64,000 bases of DNA, from NCBI GenBank assembly GCA_910585715.1, contig CAJUEX010000013.1, positions 801 to 64,800 on the forward strand, read 5' to 3'. Positions 19,438 through 28,272 of the stretch are shown here, piece after piece; the first letter of the stretch is position 1, and every line of letters begins with the position of its first letter. The notes below the pieces were generated by a model, which was not told the origin of the DNA, did no database searches, and saw only the letters and a list, made by a program, of their open reading frames with translations. The translations under genes were made by a program, and so were the position numbers. Origin of the DNA: an uncultured Lachnospiraceae bacterium. Lineage in GTDB: Bacteria; Bacillota; Clostridia; Lachnospirales; Lachnospiraceae.

Positions 19438-21450
19438 TTACTCTTTTTTCCTGCTAATCCAGACTCCCAGCCCGAGAAAAGCTGCTCCCACAACAACCAT
19501 CCCCGCAAATACCAACACCTGTGAACCCCCAAAATTCAGATTCATCAAGGCAGGGAATCTATCCTCAAGCTGTTCCTGATACTTACTGACAAATAGAGAA
19601 ACAAAATTATTTGCAAAATGCATAAGCATAGCCGGAAAGATACTGCCGGTCCGATATACTAAAACAGCCAGCAGACATCCCAAAAAGGCGGTAGGAATCA
19701 GCTTTACAAGGCTGAAATGATAGCATCCGAAAATAAACCCTGTCATAAGCACTGCTGCAGCCGGCTTTGTTTTCACTTTCATAATGCCAAATGTAAAGCC
19801 CCGGAACATAAGCTCCTCCCCAATGGCAGGCAATACCGCCATAACAATCACCACAGCCGGGAACGGCGCCTGCAAAAGAACATCGAACTGCTTCTGAAGG
19901 CTTTCACTGCTGTCCTTTAAAAACATGGATAACACACTGCTCAACACCAGGTTCAGACAGAAGCCCCCCACAAAAAAGCAAAGCGCGGACAACACCCCCT
20001 TCACCCCGGGAGCCTTTAAAGAAAACAGCTTTTTAAAATCCGTTTTCACATACCAGCCATAGCCAACCGGAAGAAGCAATATCAACAACTGTTGTACGAA
20101 AACCCCTGCAAAGCCCAGCTTTACGGTGGCAAAAGAACCTACATAAAATATTCCCAGAATTAAAATACACAAAAGCAGCAGCAAATCCCCGTAGCCCGGC
20201 AGCTGTCCCTGTTTCATCTCGCTTCTTTTATGGAAAATCTTCACACTTGTAAAGCCTTCTGCAAATAGAACGGATTCGCTGTTATAAATTCTGCCAAGCA
20301 CCATAACGGTAAGCAGGCTGTATGCCACATTGCAGAAAAGAACCACTGCAAAAAGCCCATAGTTGTACTGAAAGCTGAACAAATCTTTAATCAGCAAAGT
20401 AACATTGATAACCGGAACCGCCGCCGTTGCAGCCGTCAGTTTTAAATCCGGCAGCATTCCCGCATAGCTGGAAAACATAAATACCAACAATACCGGCGTA
20501 ATATAATTGTTTGCTTCCTTGAAGCTTTTTGCAAAAATGCAGACACACATGCAGACAGCCGTTACAAGCAGTGCAAATACAAGCATAATGACAATGGAAA
20601 ATAAAGTAGCAGGCACAAAGGTTGCAAAATCAAAAGACAGATTCTGCACGCTCTCCGCAAAAAAAACAAACATAAACCCGAATGCCGCCATCATGGAAAG
20701 AATATTTAAAAAAGCCGAGGTACAGGCGATAACGGATACTGCTAAAAATTTACTCATAATCAGTTCAAAATTTGTAACAGGCAGAGTGAGAAGCGTTTCT
20801 AACGTTCCTCTTTCCCGTTCTCCTGCCGTCACATCGATTGCCGGATACATAGCTCCTAAACAAATGCTTGTAATCATCAAAAAGGGAATGATGGAGCCAA
20901 GCATGCTGCCCATGCTTTCTTCTTTGGATGACATGTCTGTTTTTTCATAGTTAATGGGATAAAGCACTACATTCTCGTCCAGTCCCGAATCCTCTACCGC
21001 TTCCTTCCTAAGCTCCTCCCTGAAAAGCTCCAGACCGTCATAAAGCACATCTGCCGCTGTGACAGAATCCGTTTCCGCAGATAAATAATGAATGGAATAA
21101 AAAACCCTTCCTTCCTTTTCTTCTGCTGTCACATAAGCATTAAGCTCTTTTTCCACAAGGGCATTTTCAGGGTTCTCGGACTCAACTATTTTCAGCTTAT
21201 AAGACAATTCCTCCTCGTGCTCCTTCAGCACATCCTGAATCCTCTCTGCCTCTTCCACCTGATAAAAGGCTGCCTTATAAATCTTTTCCTCCTGGTCTGA
21301 CATCACGGCGCTTGTAATCAGAGTCATAGCCACGATAAGCAAAGGATATAGCAAAAGAGGAACAAGCACCATCATAATCAATGTTTTTTTGTCCCGGAAG
21401 ATATCCGTCAGTTCCCGCTTAAAAAGCGATTTTATTCTTTTCGTACTCAT
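19438..21450 (-). CDS. Fusion protein: ABC-2 (NatB-like) permease plus C-terminal CPBP intramembrane protease domain
   Basis: 670 aa. The N-terminal roughly 400 aa look like an ABC-2 permease with a large extracytoplasmic loop. The C-terminal part has the CPBP motifs EELMFRGF, FGCYHF and MLMHFANNF. The start overlaps the stop of the ATPase gene. Confidence 0.75.
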   Translation of the reverse strand: MSTKRIKSLFKRELTDIFRDKKTLIMMVLVPLLLYPLLIVAMTLITSAVMSDQEEKIYKAAFYQVEEAERIQDVLKEHEEELSYKLKIVESENPENALVEKELNAYVTAEEKEGRVFYSIHYLSAETDSVTAADVLYDGLELFREELRKEAVEDSGLDENVVLYPINYEKTDMSSKEESMGSMLGSIIPFLMITSICLGAMYPAIDVTAGERERGTLETLLTLPVTNFELIMSKFLAVSVIACTSAFLNILSMMAAFGFMFVFFAESVQNLSFDFATFVPATLFSIVIMLVFALLVTAVCMCVCIFAKSFKEANNYITPVLLVFMFSSYAGMLPDLKLTAATAAVPVINVTLLIKDLFSFQYNYGLFAVVLFCNVAYSLLTVMVLGRIYNSESVLFAEGFTSVKIFHKRSEMKQGQLPGYGDLLLLLCILILGIFYVGSFATVKLGFAGVFVQQLLILLLPVGYGWYVKTDFKKLFSLKAPGVKGVLSALCFFVGGFCLNLVLSSVLSMFLKDSSESLQKQFDVLLQAPFPAVVIVMAVLPAIGEELMFRGFTFGIMKVKTKPAAAVLMTGFIFGCYHFSLVKLIPTAFLGCLLAVLVYRTGSIFPAMLMHFANNFVSLFVSKYQEQLEDRFPALMNLNFGGSQVLVFAGMVVVGAAFLGLGVWISRKKE

Positions 21451-22247
21451 GCTTCGTCCGCTCCTTCCATGATGACATGAAATGCATCCCTTAGATTTTC
21501 TGTTTTCGTCTCTTCCATAATTTTTGCAGGAGTCCCCTCCTTTAAAACCCCGCCCTTATAAATCATTAAGATGCGGTCACACAAAAACTGTGCTTCTTCT
21601 AAATAATGGGTGGAATACAATACAGTCTTTCCAAGCTTTTTCTGCTCCTTCATAAAATTTACAATAGCATCCGCTGACAAAATATCCAGTCCCAAAGTGG
21701 GCTCATCAAATATATAAATATCAGGGTCGTGAATGAGACATCTGGCAATGGAAGCACGCTGGGTCTGCCCGGTAGACAGTTTTTCAATCCGGTTATCACC
21801 AAAATCCTTCATATCAAGCACCTTAAAAATCTCTTCAATCCGCTTTTCACATTCCTCTTTGGAAAGGTTATAAATATCGCCCAGCATCTTAAGCATTTCT
21901 CTTGTGCTAAGCCTGTGGTAAAGCTTTGTGTTGCCGGATAAATAGCCGATATTCTTTTTCATCTCCACCGGCTCTTCAATCAGGCCTCCCTGTGCATCCC
22001 CCATGACCACCCTTCCGTCAGTAGGCTCCATCAGTGTGCCTAACATGCGAAGCAGCGTAGTCTTTCCTGCCCCATTTGGTCCTAAAATACCTAAAATCTC
22101 TCCTGAGCCCACTTCTAAAGAAATATCCTTTACCGCATAAAATTCTTCCTTTACCGATTTCTTTTTCAAGCCTTTTCCTTTTTTATCCTTCTCCTCTTCC
22201 AGCTTTGTCCGTATGAACACTTTGCTTAAATGCTCCGCCTTCAGCAT
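21447..22247 (-). CDS. ABC transporter ATP-binding protein (NatA-like)
   Basis: 266 aa with Walker A GPNGAGKTT, signature LSTGQTQR and Walker B IYIFDEPTLGLD. Confidence 0.9.
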   Translation of the reverse strand: MLKAEHLSKVFIRTKLEEEKDKKGKGLKKKSVKEEFYAVKDISLEVGSGEILGILGPNGAGKTTLLRMLGTLMEPTDGRVVMGDAQGGLIEEPVEMKKNIGYLSGNTKLYHRLSTREMLKMLGDIYNLSKEECEKRIEEIFKVLDMKDFGDNRIEKLSTGQTQRASIARCLIHDPDIYIFDEPTLGLDILSADAIVNFMKEQKKLGKTVLYSTHYLEEAQFLCDRILMIYKGGVLKEGTPAKIMEETKTENLRDAFHVIMEGADEA

Positions 22248-22334
22248 ATCCTTTCCTCCGTTTCACCTATAATTACAAGTTGTAAAATTGCCGTTTGTTC
22301 CCACCGACAGCCAGGTAGGCAGCCATGCCTGCTT

Positions 22335-23096
22335 TTATTCATTTTTTGCCTTCCACTTTTCATATAAATCCGGTCTTCTTTCCTTCGTGCGCTTTATTGA
22401 CTGTTCCCGCCTCCAGTTTTCAATATTGGCATGGTGTCCTGAAAGCAGCACCTGCGGCACTTTTTTCCCCTGCCACTCTTCCGGCCTGGAATACTGGGGA
22501 TATTCCAAAAGGTCCTCATGAAAAGACTCAAACTCTGCTGATACGTCATTATTCAAGACTTCCGGCACCAAACGGGAAATGGCATCAATCATCACCATTG
22601 CCGGAAGCTCTCCTCCGGTAAGCACATAATCGCCAATGGAAACATAATCCGTTACGATTTCCTCCAGAACCCTTTCATCTATTCCTTCATAATGCCCGCA
22701 CAAAAAAATCAGGTCCTCCTCCTTTGCCAGCTCCTTTGCCATATTCTGGTTAAATACAGCCCCCTGAGGCGTCAGATAAATTACCCTTGGCTTACCAGAC
22801 TTATTAGCATTGGCTAACTCATCTTCCTGTCCTTCTTGCGCTTTTTCATTGTCCGGTCCGGCAATCCTTTCCTCCACAGCCTTATAAGCGTCATAGACAG
22901 GCTGTGCCTGCATGAGCATTCCGGCACCGCCCCCATATGGATAATCATCCACCTTTTTATGCTTATTTTTCGTATAATCCCGGATATTTACCGCTTCAAT
23001 CTCTATAAGCCCCTGCTCGCATGCCCTTCCCAATATGCTTGTATGAAGTCCCTGCAGGACCATTTCCGGAAATAATGTCAACACATGAAATCTCAT
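22335..23096 (-). CDS. trmD: tRNA (guanine37-N1)-methyltransferase
   Basis: 253 aa. MRFHVLTLFPEM..., DDYPYGGGAGM and GHYEGIDERV are typical TrmD motifs. Confidence 0.95.
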   Translation of the reverse strand: MRFHVLTLFPEMVLQGLHTSILGRACEQGLIEIEAVNIRDYTKNKHKKVDDYPYGGGAGMLMQAQPVYDAYKAVEERIAGPDNEKAQEGQEDELANANKSGKPRVIYLTPQGAVFNQNMAKELAKEEDLIFLCGHYEGIDERVLEEIVTDYVSIGDYVLTGGELPAMVMIDAISRLVPEVLNNDVSAEFESFHEDLLEYPQYSRPEEWQGKKVPQVLLSGHHANIENWRREQSIKRTKERRPDLYEKWKAKNE

Positions 23097-23599
23097 AGCA
23101 GCCCTTCCATCATACGGACTTTAACAAAGCCCTCTTTTACATTTACTTCTAAAATGCACTGTTTAATTGCCGGAATCAACACTTCCTTTTCTTCCGCCAT
23201 TTTTACCACATATACATCATTCGCCCCGGTCTCCATCACATCCTCCAACATGCCAATGGGGTTTCCTTCCTCGTCGATTACCGAAAGCCCAATCAAATCC
23301 GCAATGAAGTATTCATCCATCCCAAGCTTTACCGCATTCTCTCTGGTTACAAAAAGCTCTTTCCTTCTATATTTTTCTATTTGATTTATATCATCAATGC
23401 CCTTGAATTTCAGTATCACAAACTGCTTGAAGAATTTTACGCCTTCCACCTCAAGGTTCAATTGCTCTTTTCCCGTTTCCAAAATAAGCTGTATTCCCTT
23501 CTTAAACCGCTTCACATCATCCGTAGTGGGAAACACCTTCACTTCTCCCTTAATCCCATGAGTGGATGTAATCACGCCCACCTTAAATAAACCATCCAT
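23093..23599 (-). CDS. rimM: 16S rRNA processing protein RimM
   Basis: 168 aa. It has GVITSTHGIKGEVKV and a C-terminal PRC barrel. It overlaps trmD in an ATGA junction. Confidence 0.9.
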   Translation of the reverse strand: MDGLFKVGVITSTHGIKGEVKVFPTTDDVKRFKKGIQLILETGKEQLNLEVEGVKFFKQFVILKFKGIDDINQIEKYRRKELFVTRENAVKLGMDEYFIADLIGLSVIDEEGNPIGMLEDVMETGANDVYVVKMAEEKEVLIPAIKQCILEVNVKEGFVKVRMMEGLL

Positions 23600-23710
23600 T
23601 TCCTTTCCTCCTGCATTTATTCATCATATCATAAACGCCTCCCATATGAAAGCTATATCATCTTTAAGTTTCTCAATTCGTAACAGTTCAAATCGCGATT
23701 TACCGTTATA

Positions 23711-24439
23711 TTAATTTATTATACATATAATCGGAATAAGGAGCCAGCCAGCTGCTTCAAAAAATACTGCAAACCAATAAATGAACCGATGCAGTATTGC
23801 TCTGCTGCTGCAAACGGCGGAGCCTGTTACATGTCCCAATATAATCATAATGCAATTTGGCATCAGATTATGCTCTAAGTAATGTTTCTCATACATTACA
23901 TAAGCGATTGGCAGGAACAGAGCTGCCACCAGCACTAAAGCCTTATATAGTTGATACATCTTTTGTTTTATTGATAAAGGTTCCTTCATAATATCAATTG
24001 CAATATCCGCTATCACAATATCTGATTTTTTTTGTGTCCTTATATGTAGAATCAATGCAGGTTTTCCCTTTGGCGGCATTGTAGAGATGATGTAACCTTT
24101 TCCCTGATGCACCAGACGGTAACTCAATTGTATGGCTGAAGTTCCAATACGATCAATTGTTTCAACTTCATAGCTTCCAGCAGGTATATGCAGAATCTGA
24201 TTTGTCAACCGGTTACGCGTACAAATTATCCATATCAGAAAACAGAAACAGATAGCTGAAAGGAATCCTAATAAAATACCAAGAGATGCTTCTATCCCCC
24301 ATAAAGCTATAGCTGACAGGCAGAATCCGATAGTAAGAAGCACTAACATCAAATACCTCCTGATAGGAATCAGCCGCTCTGCCTTAACTGCAATGCAGGC
24401 AAAACCCAGAACAATTAATTCATACCCGATAATTCCCAT
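23711..24439 (-). CDS. Hypothetical polytopic membrane protein
   Basis: 242 aa, AT-rich. Three or four N-terminal TM helices are followed by a soluble beta-rich middle part and C-terminal TM helices. I recognise no family. Confidence 0.55.
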   Translation of the reverse strand: MGIIGYELIVLGFACIAVKAERLIPIRRYLMLVLLTIGFCLSAIALWGIEASLGILLGFLSAICFCFLIWIICTRNRLTNQILHIPAGSYEVETIDRIGTSAIQLSYRLVHQGKGYIISTMPPKGKPALILHIRTQKKSDIVIADIAIDIMKEPLSIKQKMYQLYKALVLVAALFLPIAYVMYEKHYLEHNLMPNCIMIILGHVTGSAVCSSRAILHRFIYWFAVFFEAAGWLLIPIICIIN

Positions 24440-24521
24440 TTTTTATTCCTTTCTTATATTTCGCAATTTAATTTTCTTTGGTTTTCCTTTTTTCATACAC
24501 AGTGCCAAAACTATCTCCCCA

Positions 24522-24548
24522 GAAAAAAAGGGTGCCCCTCAGGCACCC
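24522..24548 (-). terminator. Rho-independent terminator after the KH-domain gene
   Basis: The minus strand reads GGGTGCC-TGAGG-GGCACCC followed by TTTTTTT. Confidence 0.65.
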
Positions 24549-24554
24549 ATCCAC

Positions 24555-24782
24555 TTAGATGATTTCCACATCCACTTTTTGATTTTCTCCAAAAGAAGCT
24601 GCCTTTACAACAGAGCGAATCGCCTTTGCAATTCTTCCCTGCTTGCCGATAACTTTTCCCATATCAGCCTGAGCCACATGAAGCTCTAAAATCAGGGACT
24701 TTCCTTCTTTTTTCTCAGTTACCACAACTTCCTCCGGATTGTCAACAAGTGCTTTTGCAATCACCTCAACCAATTCCTTCAT
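24555..24782 (-). CDS. KH domain RNA-binding protein (YlqC/UPF0109)
   Basis: The start is taken at MKELVEVIAKALVDNPEEV, with GGAGG 6 nt upstream. It contains the KH GXXG motif GKVIGKQGRIAKAIR. Confidence 0.85.
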   Translation of the reverse strand: MKELVEVIAKALVDNPEEVVVTEKKEGKSLILELHVAQADMGKVIGKQGRIAKAIRSVVKAASFGENQKVDVEII

Positions 24783-24826
24783 AGTACACCTCCAAAAGTG
24801 CAATGACAAGTTTTTAGATTCCGCAA

Positions 24827-25072
24827 TTATTTTTCAATTCCTGCTGCTTTAAAAATCTTGCCTACTACTTCTGTCGGCTGCGCACCGTTAGCAAGCCATT
24901 TCTTTGCTAACTCTTCATTTACCTTGAAAGTACTTGGATCTGTATTTGGATCATAAGTTCCAATCTCCTCGATAAATCTTCCATCTCTTGGAGAACGGGA
25001 ATCTGCTACTACGATTCTATAAAAAGGAGCCTTTTTCTGTCCCATTCTTCTTAATCTGATTTTTACTGCCAT
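24827..25072 (-). CDS. rpsP: 30S ribosomal protein S16
   Basis: 81 aa, beginning [35 protein letters not shown]. Confidence 0.95.
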   Translation of the reverse strand: MAVKIRLRRMGQKKAPFYRIVVADSRSPRDGRFIEEIGTYDPNTDPSTFKVNEELAKKWLANGAQPTEVVGKIFKAAGIEK

Positions 25073-25145
25073 TTCTTTTCACCTCCGAAATTATTTTTCA
25101 TTATATATCAGTTCAACCGAATAAATATCCGGCTTAACAGCTCAC

Positions 25146-26495
25146 TTAAAAGGGAAATTTGAATCTACCCTTTTTACCCATGCCGCCCATCATGCCCGGC
25201 AATTGCTTCATCATTTTCTGGCTCTGCTCAAACTGCTTGATAAAACGGTTCACTACTCCAATGTCCACTCCGGCGCCTTTGGCAATCCGGTGCTTTCTGC
25301 TTGGATTTAAAAGCTTTGGGTTCTGCCTTTCTGCTACTGTCATGGATAGCACGATGGCTTCCATTCTGGCAAGCTGCTTTTCATCCACCATGGACTCGAT
25401 ATCTCCCATTTTGGCGCCCATACCGGGCATCATGCTTAAAATAGAGGACAATCCGCCCATATTGCGCATCTGCTTCATGCTTTCCAAGTAATCCTCAAAA
25501 TCAAACTTACCCTTTTTCATTTTGGCAGCCATCTGTTTTTCTTTTTCTTCATCGATATCCAGATTGGCCTGTACCTTATCAATGAGAGTCAGCACGTCTC
25601 CCATTCCCAAAATGCGGCTTGCCATCCGGTCCGGATAAAACTGCTCCAAATCCGACAGCTTTTCACCCATACCGACAAATAAAATAGGCTTGCCGGTTAC
25701 TGCCTTGACGGAAAGTGCGGAACCTCCTCTGGAGTCGCCGTCCATTTTGGAAAGGATAACTCCGTCGATTCCCACCTTTTCATCAAATTCCTTTGCCACG
25801 TTGACTGCATCCTGACCGGTCATGACGTCTACCACCAGAATGGTCTGATGGACTTCTACATTTGCCTTGATTTCCTGTAATTCTTCCATCATGGCTTCAT
25901 CTATGTGAAGACGGCCTGCAGTATCTAAAATCACCACATTGTGGCCGTTTTTCTGGGCATGCTCAACAGCCGCTTTAGCAATATCCACCGGGCTGTGATT
26001 TTCTCCCATGGTGAACACATCCACCTGCTGCTTTTCACCGTTTACCTGTAACTGCTTAATGGCTGCAGGCCTGTAAATATCACAGGCTGTCAGCAGGCAC
26101 TTTTTGCCTTTTAGCTTCAACTTTCCTGCTATCTTTGCCGTGGTGGTGGTCTTACCTGCACCCTGAAGGCCGCACATCATAATGACGGTAATGGACTTTC
26201 CGGGCTGCATTTTGATTTCTGTGGTCTCGGAACCCATCAATGCCGTCATTTCCTCGTTTACGATTTTAATGACCATCTGTCCCGGATTCAAACCGTTCAT
26301 CACGTCTGCGCCAATGGCACGTTCCTCTACGGATTTAATAAACTGCTTTACCACCTTGAAGTTTACATCGGCTTCTAACAATGCCATCTTTACTTCTTTT
26401 AAAGCAGCTTTTACATCTTCCTCCGTAAGCCTGCCTTTGCTCTTTAATTTTTTAAATACATTTTGTAGTTTATCTGTTAAACTTTCAAATGCCAT
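25146..26495 (-). CDS. ffh: Signal recognition particle protein Ffh
   Basis: 449 aa. It has GLQGAGKTTT, DTAGRL, a variant of the TKLDG motif (SKMDGDSRGG) and a methionine-rich M domain. Confidence 0.95.
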   Translation of the reverse strand: MAFESLTDKLQNVFKKLKSKGRLTEEDVKAALKEVKMALLEADVNFKVVKQFIKSVEERAIGADVMNGLNPGQMVIKIVNEEMTALMGSETTEIKMQPGKSITVIMMCGLQGAGKTTTTAKIAGKLKLKGKKCLLTACDIYRPAAIKQLQVNGEKQQVDVFTMGENHSPVDIAKAAVEHAQKNGHNVVILDTAGRLHIDEAMMEELQEIKANVEVHQTILVVDVMTGQDAVNVAKEFDEKVGIDGVILSKMDGDSRGGSALSVKAVTGKPILFVGMGEKLSDLEQFYPDRMASRILGMGDVLTLIDKVQANLDIDEEKEKQMAAKMKKGKFDFEDYLESMKQMRNMGGLSSILSMMPGMGAKMGDIESMVDEKQLARMEAIVLSMTVAERQNPKLLNPSRKHRIAKGAGVDIGVVNRFIKQFEQSQKMMKQLPGMMGGMGKKGRFKFPF

Positions 26496-26498
26496 AAA

Positions 26499-26834
26499 TT
26501 ATAATTCCTCTAATATCTCATTGATGAGAGCCTCTAAACTCCGGCTCAAGGTCTTATCTTCCAATTTGTCCAGCACTTCCTTTAATGCATGAACCTTTTC
26601 CTTTGTCCTTGTAAACTTTTCCACCAGATGCAGCCTGCTTTCATACTCTGAAAGACTCTTATCGCACCGTTTTATCAGGTCATGAACCCCCTGCCTGGAA
26701 ATCCCGTGCTCATCGGCAATTTCCGAAAGGGACATGTCATGATACACTGCATCCTCGTATATGCGCTTCTGGTGTTCTGTCAAAAGCTCGCCGTAAAAAT
26801 CGTACAGCAGACCCTGTTCTACAATCTTTTCCAT
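26499..26834 (-). CDS. ylxM: YlxM/UPF0122 putative helix-turn-helix protein
   Basis: 111 aa. LLYDFYGELLTEHQKRIYEDAVYHDMSLSEIADEHGISRQGVHDLIKR sits in the conserved position upstream of ffh. Confidence 0.85.
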   Translation of the reverse strand: MEKIVEQGLLYDFYGELLTEHQKRIYEDAVYHDMSLSEIADEHGISRQGVHDLIKRCDKSLSEYESRLHLVEKFTRTKEKVHALKEVLDKLEDKTLSRSLEALINEILEEL

Positions 26835-26923
26835 CGTATCACCTGTTTTTTTCTGATACCTTTGCTATCATACACTAAGGTTATGATGGTGTCAAGTATT
26901 TTTTCTTGACAGATAGATGATCG

Positions 26924-27147
26924 GTAACAGTTCAGCCCTCCGCTTTCCACCACAGGAATCAGAACCGGCGGCAGGCAGAAAGTGATTTCTAAAGGAGTCC
27001 TTATAAAAGCGCCAGCGCTTAGCGAGGTATTTTCGAGCTTAGCACTGTTGCGTTTTTATCAGAGCGAGAGCGGGACGACGTAGAAACACTTTCTGCCTGC
27101 CGCCGGTTCTGATTCCTGTGGTGGAAAGCGGAGGGCTGAACTGTTAC
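26924..27147. repeat. Long palindromic intergenic element, copy A: 61-bp perfect inverted arms around a 102-nt core
   Basis: 26924-26984 is the exact reverse complement of 27087-27147; I checked this base by base. The core contains ...ggagtccttataaaagcgcc...gttgcgtttttatcagagcgagagcggg..., which is homologous to the core of copy B. Confidence 0.9.
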
Positions 27148-27162
27148 ATCTATTACGATAAA

Positions 27163-27516
27163 TCACTTGTATTCACCATTTATCTTCAATGCCATCTCTG
27201 CAAATTCATTATAATTACTTAATACGCGCTTGTATGCTTTAATTTCCTCTTCACTTACTTCTCCATTTGTCTCTAACGACATTTCTATTGAATATTGGTT
27301 TGATATTTTATCATAAGTGATATGTGCATCAGCAGATTTCACAACCTCTAAATCTGTAAAGGTCTCTTCAATTATCCCGGCTAAGTGCGTACCGTATATT
27401 TCTTTTTTATCAATTTTATGATTCCACATTCCAAATATACAATAGCCCAAAAACAAGCACACAAAAAGGATTAGTCCTCCTAAAAAAAAGTATTTCTTTT
27501 CTATTCGTTGTCTCAT
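27163..27516 (-). CDS. Hypothetical membrane-anchored small protein
   Basis: 117 aa with one N-terminal TM helix (FFLGGLILFVCLFLGYCIFGMW) and an acidic soluble domain. It overlaps the upstream gene by 4 nt. Confidence 0.55.
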   Translation of the reverse strand: MRQRIEKKYFFLGGLILFVCLFLGYCIFGMWNHKIDKKEIYGTHLAGIIEETFTDLEVVKSADAHITYDKISNQYSIEMSLETNGEVSEEEIKAYKRVLSNYNEFAEMALKINGEYK

Positions 27517-28139
27517 GGCGCCGTACCAAATGATAATGTGCTGTTAAATGGGTCATAGCTTGCTGCAAACAATCTTGAATAAGAAGAACCAAGATAAGTC
27601 ATATCCAACCATAATGCATGATAATAATTTGTAGAGGATTTGTTATCTTCATCCCACTTACAACTCCAAAGTTTGTTTTTTATTGTATATGTACCTCTCA
27701 AATTGCTAATGTAGCCCGCTTCTCCATTTGGATACCATGTACACTCAAGCTGAACTACTATCACCAAAGTTTCAACACCCGCCATATTATGATTGATATT
27801 GTATATCTTAGTGGAAGTTTTCTTACCCGCTCTTGCTAAATCCATACTGGTTCCTACGCAGGACATAGTAATTGTTCCTCCATCTGAAGTTGTACCAAGT
27901 ATTATTGATTCCCCAGTCTTCAATTCATAACATGTGTCAGGCATCTGTTCGTTTTCTTTCTCATCTATCATTTGTATATTTTCTTTTTCCGGCAGACCTG
28001 TCTCTGCAATTCCTACTGTTTTACAACTATCTGCCAGATTGGATTCTGCAGGTGTCTTAGCAGATGCAGTTTGTGGCATTGCATAGAAAAAATTCATAAA
28101 AATGAGTAAAGCAATGCCCATTTTGCATAATAGTTTCAT
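27513..28139 (-). CDS. Hypothetical secreted protein
   Basis: 208 aa. The signal peptide is MKLLCKMGIALLIFMNFFYAMPQTASA. The mature part is Cys- and aromatic-rich and I recognise no family. It has its own AT-rich upstream region. Confidence 0.6.
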   Translation of the reverse strand: MKLLCKMGIALLIFMNFFYAMPQTASAKTPAESNLADSCKTVGIAETGLPEKENIQMIDEKENEQMPDTCYELKTGESIILGTTSDGGTITMSCVGTSMDLARAGKKTSTKIYNINHNMAGVETLVIVVQLECTWYPNGEAGYISNLRGTYTIKNKLWSCKWDEDNKSSTNYYHALWLDMTYLGSSYSRLFAASYDPFNSTLSFGTAP

Positions 28140-28272
28140 ACCCCAATTCTCCTATTGATTTTTTTTAATAATACATGATTAAACAACCATTGTCAATATC
28201 TTGTAATTTATTATCTCTTATATTTTTTATTCTGTTGTTTATATTTGAAAGAACAATTAAAAAAACACAGCC

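Noticed and set aside
26924-27147. Palindromic elements as retron msr/msd, IS200/IS605 ends or integron attC sites
   Set aside because: No reverse transcriptase, TnpA/TnpB or integron integrase gene is present anywhere in the window. Arms of 32-61 bp with perfect pairing are much longer than IS200/IS605 hairpins or attC stems. This does not exclude partners acting in trans from elsewhere in the genome.
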